64,000 nt of DNA, from the NCBI RefSeq assembly GCF_018350175.1, contig NC_058383.1, forward strand, positions 16,928,001-16,992,000, given 5' to 3'. The notes under the pieces were generated by a model. That model was not told the origin of the DNA and did no database searches. It saw nothing but the letters and a program-made list of their open reading frames with translations. Shown here one piece after another: positions 58,639 through 64,000 of the stretch (its first letter is position 1; every line of letters starts with the position of its first letter). This DNA is from Felis catus (lineage: Eukaryota). Position numbers and translations under genes: made by a program.

Positions 58639-61600
58639 TTAGGACAAAGGCAAATTTGAGGCCTCACAGTGGACATCTTCCCCACTGAATGTGGCAGTGT
58701 CTTCAGGTTTGTTATCCAGCATTTCTTTGTACTGACGTTTGAAGAAGCCAAGCTGTGAGGGGAAGTAAATCAGAAAAGCTGGGTAAGAGGGCAAGGAAGA
58801 AAGTTGGGAGTAGGAAGAGGCTGAAAGAGAAGAGAAGTTGGCTTGCATTTCTGTGCCAGAACACTTATGTGAACAACAGCTATTGTGTATTATCTACTGT
58901 GTGCCAAGCACAATGGTTATGCATATAAGCTATAGTAAAACAGCATAGATTCATAAGCAGGCCTACACACATACCCTGTCCTCGTTTCTGTCTCACTTCA
59001 GCTACTTTGTAGATATAGGCATGATTATCATTTCAAAAATGAGAAAACAACTTCAGAGAAGTAGAGCAAATTAAAGAGTGAGCAAGGCAGAGCCAAAATG
59101 CACACACAGGCTGGCCTGACTCCATTGTCTGAGTTCTTTCCACTATACCATCCTGTCTCTGAGAGGGCTTGGGTTGTATGCTGCTGGTGTTGAGAGTGGG
59201 ATTAAAACACTCACCTTGTAGAGGATGGCTGTGATGAGAGCCAGCAGGAGCAGTCCTCCCAAAGAGCTGCCCACAATGAGGGGAATGGGATCATACACCT
59301 CATGCTTATCTAGCATGATCTCCATCTAATTTGGGAATTAGAAAGCATCAGACTTTTTGCTGTCCCAGACTCTTTCCAAGTTTCCCAACCTTTAGCTCTC
59401 TCCCCTCCTTCCTTTACTCCAAGGGGTGACATACAGAAAAACTCATGGGCGTAGGGACAACCCTCCTGCTGAGAGACCTTCATCCTTCCTCCCTCAGGCT
59501 TGTGAGTCTCCCACAAGGCACCACAGATTTTGCATTAGGAGCCCTCTTACCAGCCTGGCCACTGCCTACCACACAGTCACTACCTGAGCACTCAAGAATG
59601 CCTCTTGTCCTGGAAGCTGGGAATACATGGACCTGTTGAACGTGATTTCAGCCACACTTACAACCAATACCTTCTTCTGCAATGTCTACAAAACAGAGAG
59701 GGCACAGATGAGGAACTAGCACTGGGAAAGGCACAGAGTTCAAGAAATGTCCTGGCTGGAGGATGGACACAGACGTCATCTGGTGGCACCTGAATCCTGG
59801 GGGGAAGGGGGGGGGCTCTCCTGTTGGGCCTACACACCTGGCTGACCCAGTCAAAGCTGAGGTTGCCCTTCAGGATGAATTCAACTTCCTCCTGGATGCC
59901 AAAGGAGGGCAGGTCACAGCGGAACCTCAGGCAATCAGCAATGGAGCAGTTCTAGGGACAGGAGAGGAATGAAGTTGAGGAGGGTCTTAATTTAGGCAAG
60001 AACGACAGCAGAAAATAAACTCTGTCAGGCTTGGGGTCGAGAACAGATGAACAATTATAGGACATATGTATACATCTGCAACCCAGCAAGTGCATTTCCC
60101 TATATACCCCAATATGCAGCTGGTCCTGCAATGGGAATCCAGGGTCTTTCTCACCAGTACAAGACTCCCTGGAATCTGGGTCAGGAATTCAGGATGCTGG
60201 GGAGGTTCCCTCTCTGACACACAGGGGAGACTCTAGTGAGAGAGAGAAAATAGCCACAAAATGACCGACATTTCACTGGTAAGACAGTGTGGGGCACTGT
60301 GGGGTCAGACTCCGGAGCATTAGGAAAGGCAAGCAGGCACCTGTGAAGGGGCCACAACAGCCACATCCCACACAGCCACACCATTCAGCAGGATAGGAAC
60401 CCAGAAATGAATGCTGATGGCCAGATCTCGCTGACTCAGGTTATTCACCTGCAGAAAATTGAGACACAACGTTATTGTGGTCCTAGAGCATCCCCAATCC
60501 TACTCCTTTCCTGGATCTAGCCCTCAGGTACACTGCCTGTCTCTTTTCCACAAGCTCCAAACATTAGCAGCACCATGGGAGGGAAGATATGGACGCTCCC
60601 TGGCTTCTCACACGATAACGATGCTCAGCTTCTTTCTTGCCCTTCTCACCAGAAGTTGAAAAGTTGAAGTACTTGGTAGATTCTTCCTGCCTGGAGAGAG
60701 AGGGCTTGTTGGTGAGAAACAGCTACGGAGCCATCCTCACTTTTGCCCCAGTCGTCTTCCAAAGGCTCTGTGGGCCCAGAAGAATGCCCAGAAATATAAT
60801 TACAGTCCCCACATGCCTCTGCAGACTCAGCTTCAGCCCTTCTCCCATGACTTTTGCCCCAGTCACCCAGAACTGCTAGGTTGCCCTCTGATACCCTGGC
60901 TCTTTCAAGTTCCCATAACTTTGTTCAAGTTCTTTCTTTTGCTTGGAATGTAATTACCACTCCCCTTCTGGAAAATGTCACTTAAAGGCCCAACTTAAAC
61001 ATTACTTATTATAACATTTAAACACTTTCCCACGAGAAGAAGGCATTCACATGGCTTTCTCCTCTAGTAGGTATGTGGTTGGCCTTAGGTAATGCTTGCA
61101 GAGGCCACTGCCAGAACAAAAAAGCCTAAGGGGACTCAAGGGAATCTTGGTTGGATCACTCAGGAAAAAATGCAGTGCAAGCCCCTCCAGATGGAAAGAA
61201 TAAAATAAGTGTGGCTATCCTGAGGCAGCTAAGTAAATGTGAAAAAGGATGGTGCATGAACACAAGACCCTGGAGCGGACATAAATGTCCCAGGCTGCAG
61301 GTGGGTTTCCATCCATCTATCCATGCATCCATGGCCTTCTTCAGTAAACATTTACCCTGTGACTGGCTGTGTGCTTGACTCTGGAGATACAACAGTTAAC
61401 AAGCCATAATCCCTGTCTTTCCAGGGTTATCATCTAAGGTCTCAGTGGAATCAAGCAAACAAGCAACGGGACCTGCACATTTCACCAGCAGATAGTGTAC
61501 AGAAGCCAGGCCAGCCATACAGAAACTCTACGCCCCCCCCCCCCCCAGTTTTCCCACAGATGTGACTGTCAGTTTGATGATTAAGAACACAGGTTTTGGA

Positions 61601-62300
61601 GCCAAGCCATCTGGGTTCACATTTCAGTCTACCACTTCCTACCCAACTAATTTAAGGCAAGCTACTAAACCTCTCTGGAGCCCTGTAGTTTCTTCCTCTT
61701 TAGAATGAGGATGCTAATAATAGTGCCTGTAATAGAGTTGTGAGGCAGTTTGCAGCAATGACATAAATGTTAGAATTTATTTTTTCCCTCAGTGTGTTTG
61801 CCCTCCTCTATGCTCCTGATCCCAAATGTTTCTCTCTGTGCTTCAGTTTTTTCACCTTAAAACTTCAGTTCTAACTCTCTTTTCAAATTTGAGTAAATCA
61901 CTCAGTTTCCCCAATCCTTGGAGAGGCACAATAGTATATGGGCATGAGCACAAGCTCTGGAGCCAGACCATCTGAGTGATTCGTGGTGCTATCACTTCCC
62001 AGCTGACTGACAGGGGCAAGTTATTTAACCTCTTGATTTCTTTGTTGCTAAAAAAGGGTGGTTAACAATAAGTATGTCATAAGAGTTATTCGAAGGATTA
62101 AAGGAATGTAGATACGTGTCAAGTACATTTAAAATGCCTGTCATATCATAAGTATATATAACTGGAAGCTCTTAAATTATAAGTTTCACTGTTCTCCCAT
62201 GGTTAGAAGGGGAAATTAGGACACGGAGTTTGGAAGGGCAATGACACACTGTTTGATCAGCACCCCCAACCCAGTTCCCCTAAAATTTCATGTGTCAGCT

Positions 62301-62331
<31 letters not shown>

Positions 62332-63482
62332 CAGTAGCAAACTCTGTCCCATGGCAATATTATAAGCTTCTGACCAACTCACTAAACCTCTGGAGTTTGG
62401 TGAGGTATTCAGGGCTCTTTGCTCTGCTTCCAGCCTGACCTGCCCCTGCTCCTCCACCCACCTTGAAAACTGAGAGCAACAGCCCTGCACTTGCCTCTCC
62501 TGTGGCCTGCTGCAGCCTTGGCCTCTTAGAGACTTTCCCAGCAGTTTCTCACACCTCTTCTCTCCTTCTGGTTTTGTGAAAACCTGACCTTTTATTTCCT
62601 CTGTGTGGTGACAAACCATATTCCCCACTTCAGAGTGCTAAAAAAGCCTCAATCTTAACCTAGTTAGTTTCACCTCTGCACATTCATATCTAGCACCAAA
62701 ACCAGAATTGGCTTCATGTTAAAGGAAGCTTCCATCTTAGAGAAAGAGAGAGGAGTGCACAATGGTGGCAAATGTGCATCCAAATAGTAGGCCAATTCAT
62801 CAGAGAAGAAGCAAGAACTGTATGGTAGATGGTATTATAGATAAATGTACGGCTGGTCACAAGTATTTCCATGTGAGGAATCAGAGGGGATAGTTTAGAT
62901 ACCCATCCTTTCAAGAGTAGGCTGGGCAACCATGGGAGGTACTAGGCTTAGAGGAAGGTCAGAGGTCAAGGGAGGGCAGGTATTAAATACCTGCTGATCA
63001 CCATGTAGACAGCATATTTCACAGGGAGCTCCAGCTGGGAGGTGGTCTTGCTGGATGTAGGCTTATTATTCTCACTGGAGAGAGAGGTGGGGGGAGCCCA
63101 GTTGGGAAGGAATCCAAGAGAGAAATCTCTGACTGGGGCATGAGATGGAAGAGTGAGGGATACACCTGGACTCACCTGCTTACATTGGCCCTCAGAAACA
63201 ACTTGTCTCCTAGGGTGGCCTTGTAGGAGACATCAAATGTGATTAGGAAGGTGCCCTGAGAGGAAAAGAATGAAAGAATGGGGATAAGGAAAGTCATGGG
63301 GGAGTGAGGGAAGAAAACGGGTAAGGACAAAGGAGCAGAGTGATGAGGATTTGGGGGGAAGCATTCACCTTAGTGCCCTCGTGGAAGATGGGATGGTTGA
63401 TGCTACAGTTGCTGCTCCTCAGGCTCTCATTCCCTGTGGGCGCTGCCTCACATTCCAGTCGCAGTGGGCGCTGGTGTGGTTG
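58639..63482 (-). CDS. ITGAD: Integrin alpha-D (CD11d), last 10 coding exons (calf domains, TM, cytoplasmic tail); 5' part lies beyond the window
   Basis: Exons in transcript order: 63369-63482, 63176-63255, 62991-63074, 60612-60690, 60341-60448, 60155-60232, 59838-59951, 59584-59685, 59215-59325, 58639-58752. [31 protein letters not shown] motif; tail [31 protein letters not shown] is alpha-D-like; tail-to-tail with COX6A2 as in human. Confidence 0.93.
62302..62334 (+). repeat. (CAG)7(CAA)3CAG trinucleotide repeat, intronic in ITGAD
   Basis: Directly visible in the sequence. Confidence 0.9.
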
Positions 63483-63544
63483 CTTCCAGAGGAGGAAAAG
63501 AAATTCAAATATGTTACCCATGTGCATATGTGGGCTAGATATAT

Positions 63545-64000
63545 AACAGTGGGGCATTGCAGAACAGTAGGGAAAAGGACAGACTTTTCAAAAAATGGTC
63601 TTAGGAAAATCGGCCTATTCAAAACAAAATAAAACAAACAAAAGAGCAAAACACATTGGATCCCTACCTCACTCCATACTTTAAAATAGTCCAGCTAGAT
63701 AAAAATTCTTAATGTGAAAAGGCACAATTATAAAGCTTTTAAAAGATAATACAGGGGATTATCTTCATAACCTTGGAGTAGGGAAGCATTTCAGACAAGA
63801 TCCACACATTAAAAAAAAAAAAAAAGACAAAGGAAAATATTTGATAAAATTCAACCACAATCAAATTAAGACATTTGGCTCATCAAGAGACACTACACAG
63901 AGACTGAAAAGACTGGGAACAGGACTGTAAAATATACTTAATACATATGACTGGAAAAGTATTAGTAACAAGAATATTAAAGAGCTCTTCACAACTAGAA
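63545..64000 (+). mobile_element. Old L1M ORF2 fragment in an ITGAD intron
   Basis: cttttcaaaaaatggtc...ttggatccctacctcactccatac...atcttcataaccttggagtagggaag. Confidence 0.7.

Noticed and set aside
62241..62628. ORFs with poly-Ala or poly-Leu runs
   Set aside because: Products of an intronic (CAG)n microsatellite.

Overview
This is mammalian genomic DNA, almost certainly a felid, judged from the young SINEC_Fc-type tRNA-derived SINEs and carnivore-type L1s. It is the region syntenic to human 16p11.2, read in reverse. Gene order: TGFB1I1/Hic-5 (minus, 11 coding exons, 461 aa); ARMC5 (minus, 6 coding exons, 943 aa); a decayed ~12-finger C2H2 zinc-finger pseudogene head-to-head with ARMC5; ~38 kb of mostly repeats (two full-length L1s, a 5'-only L1, a solo LTR with 6-bp TSD, an old LTR element with an env-like remnant, MaLRs, many SINEs, and an orphan CpG-island promoter at ~44 kb); COX6A2 (plus, 3 exons, 96 aa); and the last 10 coding exons of ITGAD (minus). 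All exon boundaries were checked by hand for GT/AG and phase. I found no convincing new multi-gene system. The best leads are lineage-specific lesions in ARMC5, COX6A2 and ITGAD, an open frame through ARMC5 intron 4, the dead ZNF gene under an apparently intact bidirectional promoter, the orphan CpG island, and the retroviral remnants. Comparisons with human or mouse orthologs are from memory and need alignment.
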